From Candidatus Multivoradales bacterium (lineage in GTDB: Bacteria > Acidobacteriota > Thermoanaerobaculia > Multivoradales > JAHEKO01), in NCBI GenBank assembly GCA_965223155.1, contig CBDCVR010000014.1, positions 768,001 through 832,000 on the forward strand: a DNA stretch of 64,000 nucleotides, written 5' to 3'. Under the pieces are notes generated by a model. It was not told the DNA's origin, ran no database searches, and saw only the letters and a list, made by a program, of their open reading frames with translations. The first letter of the stretch is position 1. Every line of letters begins with the position of its first letter. Positions 18,336 to 27,944 of the stretch are shown here, one piece after another. The translations under genes and the position numbers were made by a program.

Positions 18336-18835
18336 CGCTCGACTCCCAGCGCGTCCAAGATCCGGGCCGCGACCTCGGCCGGAGAACCGGACGCGGCGTC
18401 GATCCGGAGATCCGCGGCCCGCCGGTAGACCGGCTCCCGCGCGGCATGAAGCCGCGCCGCGGACTCAGGATCTCGATAGAGCGGGCGGCTGCGGTCGGCT
18501 CGGCCCAAACGGGCCACGATCTGGTCGGCGGGCACGTCGAGCCAGAGCACGGTTCCCGACTTCCGCATCAGATCGCGGTTCGCGGCGGCCAACGGCACGC
18601 CGCCGCCGGTGGCGACGACCGCGTCGCCGGCGTCCAGGCATCCCGCCAGCGCTCCGCTCTCCAGATCCCGAAACCCCGACTCACCCAGGCGCTCGAAGAG
18701 CTCAATCACCGAAGCTCCGTTTCGCGCTTCGATCTCCGCGTCGAGATCCACGAACCCCACGCCCAGCGCCTCGGCCAGCAGGACGCCGACCGTCGTCTTG
18801 CCGGCACCCATGAAGCCGACCAAAAAAAGCGTCAA
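18323..18835 (-). CDS. aroK: Shikimate kinase
   Basis: LVGFMGAGKTTVG (P-loop), DLDAEIE, GESGFRDLE, VATGGG, RPL; TTG 18835 overlaps the upstream TGA, giving 170 aa. Confidence 0.93.
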   Translation of the reverse strand: MTLFLVGFMGAGKTTVGVLLAEALGVGFVDLDAEIEARNGASVIELFERLGESGFRDLESGALAGCLDAGDAVVATGGGVPLAAANRDLMRKSGTVLWLDVPADQIVARLGRADRSRPLYRDPESAARLHAAREPVYRRAADLRIDAASGSPAEVAARILDALGVERCAI

Positions 18836-18939
18836 CGCTTGCCTGACTCCCGCCGCACCGCCCGAGCCAGAAGCGTCACGAAACCACCCCAGACGATGCC
18901 GCAAACCAGCACCATGAAGACCACCGCCGAGCTACTCAT
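18832..18939 (-). CDS. MetS-family small subunit of NSS amino-acid transporter (35 aa)
   Basis: MSSSAVVFMVLVCGIVWGGFVTLLARAVRRESGKR with the characteristic WGG in one TM; GGAGG RBS; overlaps the NSS transporter stop. Confidence 0.8.
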   Translation of the reverse strand: MSSSAVVFMVLVCGIVWGGFVTLLARAVRRESGKR

Positions 18940-20392
18940 CGTCTCCTCCCGGTACCGCCGACGACGGCCGTCGTCGGCTCTGGAGCCATCGATCGAAGAA
19001 CCACAATCCGGCAAGCGCTACCGCGAACTGCAACAGCACCGTGCCCACGGTCGAGGACGCGAACGGATTGAGCCAGCCTTCGGGATCCCAGCCGCGAGCC
19101 TCCCACAGCCACCAAACCAAGAGCACCGCGGCTTCCACCGGCACCACCACGCGAATCAGGAAGCTCCACCACTTGCCGATGCGGAGATCCGAGCCGTCGG
19201 CATTGATGACCTCGGTGCGCAGCCTCTCGACGCCGTAGCGGCGCGCGGCCAGGGCGAAGAACAGCCCCGAAAGCATCAAGCCCACGCCCCAAACCCAGTC
19301 CTGGTTCTGCAGGAAGGCGAGCGACAGAGCCGAGGGCGCGCCGAACCAGAGTCCGCCCAGGCCGACCCAGGCCAGCGCCTTCTTGCGGCTGAGGCCGGCG
19401 TCGATCAGAACCCGCGCGGCCAGCTCGATCATCGAGATCAGGCTGGTCAGCGCAGCGAACGAGAGCGCCAGAAAAAAGATCGCCATGAACAGCCCGCCGG
19501 CCGGCATCTGGTCGAAGAGCTGCGGCATCCAGACGAAGGTCAGCCCCTCGTTGCCAGCGCCCACGATCTCGTCGCGGGCCCCGGGGTTGATCGCGAACAC
19601 CGTACACAGGACCATGATGCCGGCCAGGAGCGACATCGAGTTGTTGCCGAAACCGATCATGAAGGCGTTGAGCGGCACGTCCTCGCGGGCGCGCATGTAA
19701 ATCGCGTAGGTCAGGATCAGGCCCCAGCCCGCGCCGGTGTCCCAAGCGTTCTGAGTGAGCGCTTGAAGCCAGATCTCGACGTCCCCCAGCGCGGACCAGT
19801 CCGGCCGGAACAAGAACTCGAGCCCGGCGGCCGCTCCCGGTAGCGTGACCGCCCGCACCGCCAGAACCACCACCATGAGCACCAGGGTCGGGATCAGGAT
19901 CTTGGCCACCCGCTCGATACCCCGAACGCCGTACCAGACGACGCCCAGAGCCAAGCACAGGGCCAAAGCGTGCGTGGCGAACGAGATCTTGCTGCCCGCG
20001 AACGACTCCCAGAAGGCCGCCGAGTCGGCTCCGGCCAGCTCGCCGGTCGCCGCCGCGAAGAAGTAGCGCAGGCACCAACCGGCGACCACCGAGTAGTAGA
20101 ACATGATGGCGGTCGCGCACAGCGCCACCCAGCCGCCCATCCAGCCCGAGCGCTCGCCCGCGAAGAACCGGAACGCGCCGACCGTGCCCAACCGAGAGCG
20201 CTTGCCGAAGGAGAACTCGACCATCATCAGCGGCACCGACCAAAGAATCAGAAACGCCATCCACGCCACCAGGAAGCTGCCGCCACCGTTGGTGGCGACG
20301 ATGCGCGGAAAGCGCCAGATATTGCCGGTGCCGACGGCCATTCCCAGCGTCGCCAACACCAGTCCCCAGCGCGACGAGAATCTCTCGCTCAT
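18932..20392 (-). CDS. Sodium-dependent amino-acid transporter, NSS/SLC6 (LeuT-like) family
   Basis: RFSSRWGLVLATLGMAVGTGNIWRFP, NGGGSF, YYSVVAGW, GLTFVWMP, FAALTSLISMIE; ~12 TM. Confidence 0.93.
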   Translation of the reverse strand: MSERFSSRWGLVLATLGMAVGTGNIWRFPRIVATNGGGSFLVAWMAFLILWSVPLMMVEFSFGKRSRLGTVGAFRFFAGERSGWMGGWVALCATAIMFYYSVVAGWCLRYFFAAATGELAGADSAAFWESFAGSKISFATHALALCLALGVVWYGVRGIERVAKILIPTLVLMVVVLAVRAVTLPGAAAGLEFLFRPDWSALGDVEIWLQALTQNAWDTGAGWGLILTYAIYMRAREDVPLNAFMIGFGNNSMSLLAGIMVLCTVFAINPGARDEIVGAGNEGLTFVWMPQLFDQMPAGGLFMAIFFLALSFAALTSLISMIELAARVLIDAGLSRKKALAWVGLGGLWFGAPSALSLAFLQNQDWVWGVGLMLSGLFFALAARRYGVERLRTEVINADGSDLRIGKWWSFLIRVVVPVEAAVLLVWWLWEARGWDPEGWLNPFASSTVGTVLLQFAVALAGLWFFDRWLQSRRRPSSAVPGGDDE

Positions 20393-21153
20393 ACGGCTAC
20401 CTCCACGGATCGGCCGGAAAGACCTCGGGCCGGCTGTGCTTCAGAAGAAGAAGAACCGCCGGCAGCGGCGCTCGCGATCGCCACCAGCCGCCGGCCCCGG
20501 CGAGCGACCCCTTGGGCGCCCACGGCGCCTCCGTCCTCGGCCCGGCACAGGGCGCCCAGCACGGCCGCCGAGTCGGCTCCCGCCTCGAAAACTGCCTCCA
20601 GGTTCGACTCGTCGATGCCACCGATCGCGACCAGCGGCTTGTCGGTCAGCTCGCGCGCCCACCGCACGCCCTCGAGACCAACGACCGGATCGGCGTTCTT
20701 CTTGCCGGTGGTGGCAAACACAGGTCCGATCGCGACCACGTCCACTTCGGGATCGTCCTGGGCACGCTCGACCTGCTCTGGATTATGAGTCGACTGGCCG
20801 ATCAAGCAGCTGCCGCGCCAGGCGCCCAAGGCGCTCGTGGCCGCGGCCGGCGGCAGGTCCTCCTGGCCGAGGTGAACGCCGCCGCACTCGAACATCCGTG
20901 CCAGGTCGGGGCGGTCATTGACCCAGAGGGTCGCATCGGGAAGTCCCGCGGATCCCACCACCGCGGAGGCCGCGGCCACTTCGGCCGCGAGCTCTCGATC
21001 GCCCAGCTTCTTGGCCCGCACCTGGATCCACCGGATGCCGGCCTCCAGCATTGCGGCAACCGCGGTCGCCAGCGGCAGGCTGCCCAGAGCGTCCCGGTCG
21101 GCGAGGGCGTACAGCGGCGGCACGTCACCCCGGATGGACCGATCCGCTGCCAT
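20389..21153 (-). CDS. thiE: Thiamine phosphate synthase
   Basis: IQVRAK, VNDRPDLA, GVHLGQEDL, IGQSTH, IGPVFATTGK, VAIGGI. Confidence 0.88.
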   Translation of the reverse strand: MAADRSIRGDVPPLYALADRDALGSLPLATAVAAMLEAGIRWIQVRAKKLGDRELAAEVAAASAVVGSAGLPDATLWVNDRPDLARMFECGGVHLGQEDLPPAAATSALGAWRGSCLIGQSTHNPEQVERAQDDPEVDVVAIGPVFATTGKKNADPVVGLEGVRWARELTDKPLVAIGGIDESNLEAVFEAGADSAAVLGALCRAEDGGAVGAQGVARRGRRLVAIASAAAGGSSSSEAQPARGLSGRSVEVAV

Positions 21154-21161
21154 GCCCGGAA

Positions 21162-22526
21162 TCAGGCGTTGACCGCGGCCTTGGCCGGCCGGGTCGCGCG
21201 CAAGTGCTCCATGAACCGCGTCGAGAGGTTTCCGGAACGGAAGCGAGCGTCACGGAGGATCTCGCGCTGGAGAGGAATGGTGGTGTGAATGCCCTCGATC
21301 ACGAAGAAGTCGAGCGCCCGCTCCATGCGCCTGATGGCGTCTTCGCGAGTACCGGCCTGAACCACCAGCTTGGCCACCAGCGAGTCGTAAAAAGGCGGGA
21401 TCACGTAGTCTTCATAGGCGTGGGTGTCGACGCGCACTCCGGGGCCACCCGGAGGATGAAAGGTCGTGATTCGGCCGGGTGACGGCACGAAGGTCTCGGG
21501 GTGCTCGGCGTTGATCCGGCATTCGATGGCGTGGCCGCGCGCCTTGAGGTCCGACTCGATCGTAAGCGGCTCGCCAGCCGCGATGTGCAGTTGCTCTTGG
21601 ACCAGGTCCACCCCGGTGACCATCTCGGTCACCGGATGCTCGACCTGAATGCGGGTGTTCATCTCCATGAAATAGAACTTGCCGTCCCGGTCGAGAAGAA
21701 ACTCGACCGTGCCGGCGTTGACGTACCCCACATGCCGAGCCAGCCGGATCGCGGCCTCGCCCATCTCGCTTCGCAAGGCCTCGTCCAGAGCCGGCGAGGG
21801 CGACTCCTCCAGCAATTTCTGGTGTCGCCTCTGGATCGAGCACTCGCGCTCTCCCAGATGGATGACCTTGCCGTGGGTGTCGGCCAGGACTTGGAACTCG
21901 ATGTGGCGAGGCTCGACCAGATACTTCTCAAGGTAGATCGAGCCGTCCCCGAACGCTTTCTCGGCTTCTTCCGAGGCGGTCCGGAGCTGGTTTTCGAGAT
22001 CTTCCTCCCGTGTGACGATCCGCATGCCGCGGCCGCCGCCGCCCGCCGACGCCTTGAGGATCACCGGAAACCCGACCTCCCGAGCCAGGGCGCGCGCTTC
22101 GTCCGCGCCCGACAGCGCGTCTTCACTCCCCGGTAACACCGGCACGCCCGCCTCGATGGCGGTCTGGCGCGCCCGTGACTTGTCGCCCATCAGCCGGATG
22201 CTGGCCGGGTCGGGACCGATCCAATCGATCTTGCACTCGGCCAGAGCCTCGGCGAAGGCGGCATTCTCGGCCAGGAATCCGTACCCCGGATGGATGGCGT
22301 CGGCACCGCTGATCTCGGCCGCCGAGATGATGGCAGAGACGTTGAGGTAACTCTGAGCCGAGGGGCCCGGTCCAATGCAGACCTCTTCATCGGCGTAGGT
22401 CACGTGCAGACTGTCCTGATCGGCCGTGCTGTGCACAGCCACAGTGGACACGCCCGCCTCACGGCAGGCCTGGATCACGCGTAGCGCGATCTCGCCACGG
22501 TTCGCGATCAAGATCTTCTTGAACAT
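21162..22526 (-). CDS. accC: Acetyl-CoA carboxylase biotin carboxylase subunit
   Basis: [64 protein letters not shown]. Confidence 0.97.
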   Translation of the reverse strand: MFKKILIANRGEIALRVIQACREAGVSTVAVHSTADQDSLHVTYADEEVCIGPGPSAQSYLNVSAIISAAEISGADAIHPGYGFLAENAAFAEALAECKIDWIGPDPASIRLMGDKSRARQTAIEAGVPVLPGSEDALSGADEARALAREVGFPVILKASAGGGGRGMRIVTREEDLENQLRTASEEAEKAFGDGSIYLEKYLVEPRHIEFQVLADTHGKVIHLGERECSIQRRHQKLLEESPSPALDEALRSEMGEAAIRLARHVGYVNAGTVEFLLDRDGKFYFMEMNTRIQVEHPVTEMVTGVDLVQEQLHIAAGEPLTIESDLKARGHAIECRINAEHPETFVPSPGRITTFHPPGGPGVRVDTHAYEDYVIPPFYDSLVAKLVVQAGTREDAIRRMERALDFFVIEGIHTTIPLQREILRDARFRSGNLSTRFMEHLRATRPAKAAVNA

Positions 22527-22562
22527 CTCGGATCTGGTCCTCGGGTCCCGGTCCGCCGCGGT

Positions 22563-23018
22563 CTAGCCTTCCGGGCGGATGCCGAATAGAGGCTCGCCGA
22601 ACTCGACCGGCTGCGCGTTGGCCGGAAAGATCTCCACCACCTCTCCGTCGACGTCGGACTCGATCTCGTTCATCAACTTCATGGCCTCGACGATACACAG
22701 CACCTGGCCGCGGCGTACTCGGTCACCGACCTTGACGTAGGCGTCGGCCTCTGGACTCGGCGCCGTGTAGAACGTCCCGACGATGGGCGAAGTGACGGTG
22801 TGCCCGGCGCCACTTTCAGCCTCGGCCACGACCTCCACCGGGCCTGCCGGCGCCGGCCCAGCGGGTGCGACCGGCGCCGCGATCGGTGCCGCCACCGCCG
22901 CCGGAGCCGCCTGATAGCCGACGATCTTGACCCGGAAATCCGAGCGCTCGACCTCCAGCTCGTGCAACCCCTTCTTGCACACGATGTCGATCAGTTCCTT
23001 GATCTGTTCAAACGTCAC
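22563..23018 (-). CDS. accB: Biotin carboxyl carrier protein
   Basis: SPIVGTFY, IVEAMKLMNEIE (biotinyl lysine), Ala/Pro linker; adjacent to accC. Confidence 0.97.
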   Translation of the reverse strand: MTFEQIKELIDIVCKKGLHELEVERSDFRVKIVGYQAAPAAVAAPIAAPVAPAGPAPAGPVEVVAEAESGAGHTVTSPIVGTFYTAPSPEADAYVKVGDRVRRGQVLCIVEAMKLMNEIESDVDGEVVEIFPANAQPVEFGEPLFGIRPEG

Positions 23019-23039
23019 GATGTCTCTCCCTCACCGTCG

Positions 23040-23402
23040 TCACACGAGATCGGATTCGAAGTCGAGCGGCGCCCGACGCAGCTCGTACCGGGCCCGGCCG
23101 GTACCGGCTCCGGCATCGAGCACCAGCAGCAGATAGTAGCCGGGCGCGACGCCGCTTAGCAGAATTGAAAACGTTACGGTCTCCAGAGCCAGGCCACTAA
23201 CCTCGCCCAGCTCCAGATCGCCGTGGTTCTGGGACATGGCCTTGAGCTGGGTCAGAAGCTCGACGGCCAGGGTCTCGGTGTGGAGATCGGGGGCCGCTCC
23301 GGAGCCAGCCGAGACTTCGACGGGAATCCCGTCGGCCGCCACCAGCGCGGCCAGCCGGCATCCCGCCCGATCCGCCATCGCGCCCAGCCGCCTCTCGAAC
23401 AT
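23040..23402 (-). CDS. Roadblock/LC7 domain protein (MglB/MglC-like)
   Basis: 120 aa; AALVAADGIPVE, LELGEVSGLALET, YYLLLVL...GRARYELRR fit the Roadblock pattern. Confidence 0.8.
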   Translation of the reverse strand: MFERRLGAMADRAGCRLAALVAADGIPVEVSAGSGAAPDLHTETLAVELLTQLKAMSQNHGDLELGEVSGLALETVTFSILLSGVAPGYYLLLVLDAGAGTGRARYELRRAPLDFESDLV

Positions 23403-24712
23403 CAGATGCCCGCCTCGACGGCGCGCCGAATCTGCGCCCGGTAGGCGACCAGGACGCGCCGGAAACGATCCGCGCCGCCGGCCGACTCCCCAGATTCAGC
23501 TTCGCTGGCTGCCAGCCAGCCGCGACGGGCCTTCCGATTCCCCGGCTCCCGCGTCAAAACGTCCTCGAAAATCTCGGCGGCATCGGTCCTGTGCCCTTGG
23601 TCGAGATACAAGCCCCCGAGCGTCACGGTGCCCGGAACGGAGGGGTCGTCCCCAGTCCCGGCCGGAGTCCCAGTTGGAGTTCCGGCCGTCGCCGCCGGAT
23701 CGGGCGCCGTAGCCGAGTCGCCAACCGACTCGGCGGCCGTCCGGGGAATCAGATCGTCGGCCGTAATCGCGCCGGCGCCGGGCCTCGGTGTCTCGGAGCC
23801 GAAGGGCAGCTCCGAGATCGACGGTTCCGCTCCGGCAGGCGGAGCCGAGCCCTGGCCGGCGCCCGCCGGAGTCTCGAGCTGGAACTCAGGGACCGGATCG
23901 GGCGCGAACACCGGCGTCTCGATCCCGACTCCGTTCTCGACCTCCGTTTCGGCGGCCCAGCCGGACTCGAAAACGTTGCCGAAGGGCTCGTCCGCCGCAG
24001 CTTCCACAGGCGCTTCGAGCGCTGCCTCCGGTGGAGCTTCCGACGCGGGGGCGGGCGCTGCGGTGGGCTCGAGCTCGAAGGCGAAGGGCGCGGCGGCCTC
24101 CTCGTCGGCGGCCGCGGTCGCGAAGAATCCGTCGATCCCGTCGTCCCCCGAGCTCTCGGCTGCGGATTCGGCCAGATCGCCCAGGACCTGGGCTATGGGC
24201 ACGATGTCGGACTCGGCGGACGGAGTCACGGACTCGAGCGCCGGATCTTCCGGTGCGGCCGGCGCTTCCAAAGGGCTTGCATCGTCCGCGGCGGCCACTT
24301 CCTGTTGCCCTGCGATCGCCGCACGCAGCTCCTCGACGTCCTCGTCCCCGAGGCTCAGCATCTCGTAGATATCGAGCTTCTCCCGAGCCTCGGCCAGGCG
24401 CCCGAGGCCGGCGTACGTTCGTACCAGAAGCTTGTTGGCCACGAGATGCACCGGATCGGACTTGACGACCTCTTCCAGCACCGCGGCGGCGCCATCGTAC
24501 CGAGCCGCGTCCACCAGAAGCCGGCCCAGAGCGACCCGCGTACCTAGGTGCCTCGGAGCCAGCTCAGAGGCTTCCCCGAGGACGAGAATGGCCTCGTCCA
24601 GGTTGCCCAGACGCTTGTGCTCGTCGGCCAGCTGCTGCGCCAGCTGCGGCGACTTTTCGAACTGCCAGCGCTTTCCGAGCGCTTCGAGCTGAGGAGACGT
24701 TTCGACGGACAA
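23402..24712 (-). CDS. TPR protein with long acidic Ala/Pro linker and a single C-terminal TPR
   Basis: N-terminal TPRs (QLADEHKRLGNLDEAILVL...), low-complexity E/A/P middle, C-terminal TVTLGGLYLDQGHRTDAAEIFEDVL; TGn-TATAGT at 24746-24754 and GAAAGG RBS upstream. Confidence 0.82.
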   Translation of the reverse strand: MSVETSPQLEALGKRWQFEKSPQLAQQLADEHKRLGNLDEAILVLGEASELAPRHLGTRVALGRLLVDAARYDGAAAVLEEVVKSDPVHLVANKLLVRTYAGLGRLAEAREKLDIYEMLSLGDEDVEELRAAIAGQQEVAAADDASPLEAPAAPEDPALESVTPSAESDIVPIAQVLGDLAESAAESSGDDGIDGFFATAAADEEAAAPFAFELEPTAAPAPASEAPPEAALEAPVEAAADEPFGNVFESGWAAETEVENGVGIETPVFAPDPVPEFQLETPAGAGQGSAPPAGAEPSISELPFGSETPRPGAGAITADDLIPRTAAESVGDSATAPDPAATAGTPTGTPAGTGDDPSVPGTVTLGGLYLDQGHRTDAAEIFEDVLTREPGNRKARRGWLAASEAESGESAGGADRFRRVLVAYRAQIRRAVEAGI

Positions 24713-24812
24713 CTAGGCAAACCTTTCCGGTCGGCTAAGCGTCGAACTATATCAGTGGCCTGACCCCGAACATCCGCGAACGGGTGCCGGCTGCACCCAC
24801 TTCCAGCGCTGG

Positions 24813-26174
24813 CTACGGGATCTCGACCGACTTGGTGATCGAGTCGGTGCCGAAGACGTTCGAGACGAAAAGCGTGCACTGCTCGGTCCCCGAGGCGCCG
24901 TAGTCGTGGACCACGACGGCCTGGCCGTTGGGCACCGAGATCGTGTTACTCGCGTCGATGATCCCGTCGCTAGTGAAGTCCCACTCGAGGGTCAGGGGCA
25001 CGTCGCCGGTCACCGCCGAGTTGAAGGTCGCGACCGTGCCGGCGATTCCGAAGGTGAAGTCCGCGAGAGGCACACCCTGGATGGTGATGGTGCGGGTCGC
25101 GCTGATGAGCTCGCCGGGGCCACCCCCGGTCTCGACCGTCACCATGACGGAATTGACCGAGATGAGCTCGGCCGCCTCGAGGGTGAGGACGTCGAACGCC
25201 TCGCCGTTCGCATCGGTCTGCAGGAACGCTCCTCCGCTCGCCAGGGAGCCCGGACCGTCCGTGAAGAAGAAGATTCCGACATCGGGCAGCGGATCGTTCA
25301 AGCTGTCGAAGACCTTCGCGCGGAGACTGACAACCCCACCGGTAGCAGGGATCGAGCTCGGCTGCGCGAACAGCCTCAGGTTCGCCGCGAACCCTCCGGA
25401 GATTTGAACGGACCGTTCGTCCGGCGTCTCGATGCCAGGCGAGGTCGCGCTGATGAGGAAGGTCCCGGCCACCACTCGGGCCAAGTCATCTCTGGTGACG
25501 GTGAGTACTCGCTGAGCGATACCGCTCCCGTCCGCGGTAGCGCTCGATCCCCTTCGAAACTCACCGACCTCGGCGTCAAATTGCACCAGCGCCCCGCCGA
25601 TGGGATTGCCGCTCTCGTCCGTAACCGTCGCCGTCGCGGTGATCTTGTGGCCGCCTCGCGGCACCTCAGCCGAGATGACCGACGGGGAGATGGTCAAGAC
25701 CAAATCTTGCGCACCAATGCCGATATCGACCAATGCCTCGGCCGCCGCGGCGGCGCCCGAGTTGGCGACGATCGTCGCCACCCCGGCGCGGTTGTCGCCA
25801 CGCAAGACGGTCTCGGCGATTCCGCGATCGTCGGTCGGCACCACGGTGTCGTCGAAGGTGCCGATATTCGAGGTGAAGGTGATCTCGGTGCCGGGATTGA
25901 CGGCGGTGCCGTCGGCCTTGCGCGCCAAAACCGTGATCGTCGAATTCCCGTTGACCGCGATCCGGGTCGGGTTGGCGCTGATGGTCAAGGTCGCGGCCGA
26001 TGGCGCCACGGGCGTGGGCCGGTCGCATCCGGGTGAGACAAGTCCCAGCCCGAGCCCCAGAGCCAGGAAAACCCATCCCCAGCGGCGACGGGGCCTGCTG
26101 TTACCGAATCCGCCATTGCCGGGAGAAAGGCGCTCACGGGCCAGCGTGGATCGCTCGATGAAGTTCCCGGCCAT
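24813..26174 (-). CDS. Lipoprotein with three Big_1/invasin-like Ig domains and a C-terminal PKD-like domain
   Basis: Hydrophobic segment then SPGC; repeats TLTISANPT...NPGTEITF...TDDRGIAETVL, DESGNPIGGALVQF...ADGSGIA, DPLPDVGIFF...TDANGEA; PLADF...EWDFTSDG...HDY...VSNVFG. Confidence 0.8.
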   Translation of the reverse strand: MAGNFIERSTLARERLSPGNGGFGNSRPRRRWGWVFLALGLGLGLVSPGCDRPTPVAPSAATLTISANPTRIAVNGNSTITVLARKADGTAVNPGTEITFTSNIGTFDDTVVPTDDRGIAETVLRGDNRAGVATIVANSGAAAAAEALVDIGIGAQDLVLTISPSVISAEVPRGGHKITATATVTDESGNPIGGALVQFDAEVGEFRRGSSATADGSGIAQRVLTVTRDDLARVVAGTFLISATSPGIETPDERSVQISGGFAANLRLFAQPSSIPATGGVVSLRAKVFDSLNDPLPDVGIFFFTDGPGSLASGGAFLQTDANGEAFDVLTLEAAELISVNSVMVTVETGGGPGELISATRTITIQGVPLADFTFGIAGTVATFNSAVTGDVPLTLEWDFTSDGIIDASNTISVPNGQAVVVHDYGASGTEQCTLFVSNVFGTDSITKSVEIP

Positions 26175-26260
26175 GAATCCGACTCAGTATACGAAGCAGG
26201 GCGGCCACCCGTCTAGGCGGCCGCCCTGGAGTACGAAGCGAGACCGTGCTCTGACGGACT

Positions 26261-27337
26261 CTAGACGACCCCCCCGCCACCATCATCACCACCGCCGGCA
26301 GTGGGATCCTCGACACAGGTCGGAGCTGCCGGTTGGACCAGGAAGGCATCAGCGATCGTGTCGGTGCTGACGCCCTTGACTTCGACGGTAAGCGACATAG
26401 CAGTTGGAATCTCAATGACTCCACCTCCGGAACCAGGCTCCTCTCCCGCCAGATCACATGGCTCAGTTTCGAACTCCACGTCTGACGGAACTCGCGCGAC
26501 GATTCGTGTCGAAGTCACCGAAATAACTTCCATCAGAATACCGCCGAGAAAAACCCGAACCGGGATGTCAAAGCCGACCCCGTCGATCGTGATCGTCGTA
26601 CCGATCGGCCCGCTCCTTGGAGAATAGGCGGTAATGAAGATGTCCTCGATGATCCGAATCGCCTGGATCGCCTTGTCGAACTCCTCGCCCCGAAAGACGG
26701 TCAGCTCGACCACGAAGTCTCCGGAGGTGGCGTAGATGTGGAAGGGATGCTTCTCGTTGCTGGTGGCGCCGTCGCCGAAGTCCCACAGGTAGCGGTCCGG
26801 GTTGCCGGTCGAGGTGTTGACGAACTGGACCGAGAAGTTGTCGGTGGTGTTCTCGGTCGAGAAGGCCGCGGCCAGGGGCGGCAGCTCGTCCAGGATCGGC
26901 ACCGAGATCTGGGCCGCCGACTCCTCGAGCTGGGCGGTCAGGATGGCGGTACCCGCGGTAACCCCCGGATAGAGAAGCACCGAAGCCAAACCGTTGACGG
27001 TGCTGAGTGCCGCCGAGGACAGACCGCTACCGAAGCTTCCGAACTCGCCCAGCGAGGTGCTGATGACGATGGTCGTGCCATTGGGCGGCGGTGTCCCGGT
27101 GCCGGCCTGGCGCACGCGGACGGTGACCGTCGCCGGTCCGCCGTTGGCGAAGAGCTCGGGCTCGTCGATCGAGATCGAGATCGACCAGGCCGCGCTGGGA
27201 GCGCCCGAGCCGGGCGGGATCGGCTGCTGCGTAGGCGCGGTCGGCGAATCCGTCGAGCAGCCCAGGCCCACAACCAGCAGCAGGAGCGGCAAGGCCCCGA
27301 GGATCGCCGTATTCTTGAGTCGTTCCGAAACGTTCAT
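26261..27337 (-). CDS. Lipoprotein with Big_1-like, PKD and IPT/TIG domains
   Basis: Lipobox GLGC; PPNGTTIVISTSLG; PKD VQFVNTSTGNPDRYLWDFGDG...HIYATSGDFVVELTV; TIG ITAYSPRSGPIGTTITIDGVGF. Confidence 0.82.
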   Translation of the reverse strand: MNVSERLKNTAILGALPLLLLVVGLGCSTDSPTAPTQQPIPPGSGAPSAAWSISISIDEPELFANGGPATVTVRVRQAGTGTPPPNGTTIVISTSLGEFGSFGSGLSSAALSTVNGLASVLLYPGVTAGTAILTAQLEESAAQISVPILDELPPLAAAFSTENTTDNFSVQFVNTSTGNPDRYLWDFGDGATSNEKHPFHIYATSGDFVVELTVFRGEEFDKAIQAIRIIEDIFITAYSPRSGPIGTTITIDGVGFDIPVRVFLGGILMEVISVTSTRIVARVPSDVEFETEPCDLAGEEPGSGGGVIEIPTAMSLTVEVKGVSTDTIADAFLVQPAAPTCVEDPTAGGGDDGGGGVV

Positions 27338-27347
27338 GATTCCGCTC

Positions 27348-27914
27348 CTACGGGGTGATCGTCAGGGTGAAAGATGCCGGCTCGGTCGCAACCGCGTCAC
27401 CTGACACGGTGCGCCCGAAGAACCTAAGGTGGAAGTTGAGGACGATCGTGGTGTCGCCCGTTTCCTTGTCGAAGCCGCCGTTCTGGAACAGGAGATCGGA
27501 CAGAGGCTTGGCGGTGAACTGTTCGGGCGCCATGATCGGCAGGTTGTTGTAGGTGATGGTGCCGCCCGGCGGTACCTCGCCGAAGATCCCACGCACGAAG
27601 GGAACCGGCACGATAGTGCCGTTGTCGCCCCGGGTGTAGCGCACCTCATAGGAGTCGATCTCGACGTTCATGAGCGAGCTGGGGGTGATGTCCAGATTCT
27701 TGACGATGCTCGTCACCTGCAGCTCTTCGACCTGGACGAAGCCCCCGGCCGAGGTGTTGACCGAGACCGAAATTGGCAGACCGTCGAAATCCGAGATCGA
27801 CAGCAAGATGCCCCCGCCGTCGGTCCGCTCCGTCCGGCTTTCGCAGCCAACGAGGCCGACCGTTCCGACAATCAGAAGGGCCAGAGTGGCTAGTCGTATC
27901 GCTTTCATCTTCAT
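27348..27914 (-). CDS. Hypothetical beta-rich lipoprotein immediately downstream of pilQ
   Basis: AAAAGGGA RBS before ATG 27914; MKMKAIRLATLALLIVGTVGLVGC lipobox; beta-strand-rich mature part. Confidence 0.78.
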   Translation of the reverse strand: MKMKAIRLATLALLIVGTVGLVGCESRTERTDGGGILLSISDFDGLPISVSVNTSAGGFVQVEELQVTSIVKNLDITPSSLMNVEIDSYEVRYTRGDNGTIVPVPFVRGIFGEVPPGGTITYNNLPIMAPEQFTAKPLSDLLFQNGGFDKETGDTTIVLNFHLRFFGRTVSGDAVATEPASFTLTITP

Positions 27915-27944
27915 CGTCGTTCCCTTTTTCCTGCTCGCCACGGC

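Noticed and set aside
21153-21162. TPP riboswitch for thiE
   Set aside because: Only 8 bp separate accC and thiE; there is no room and no motif.
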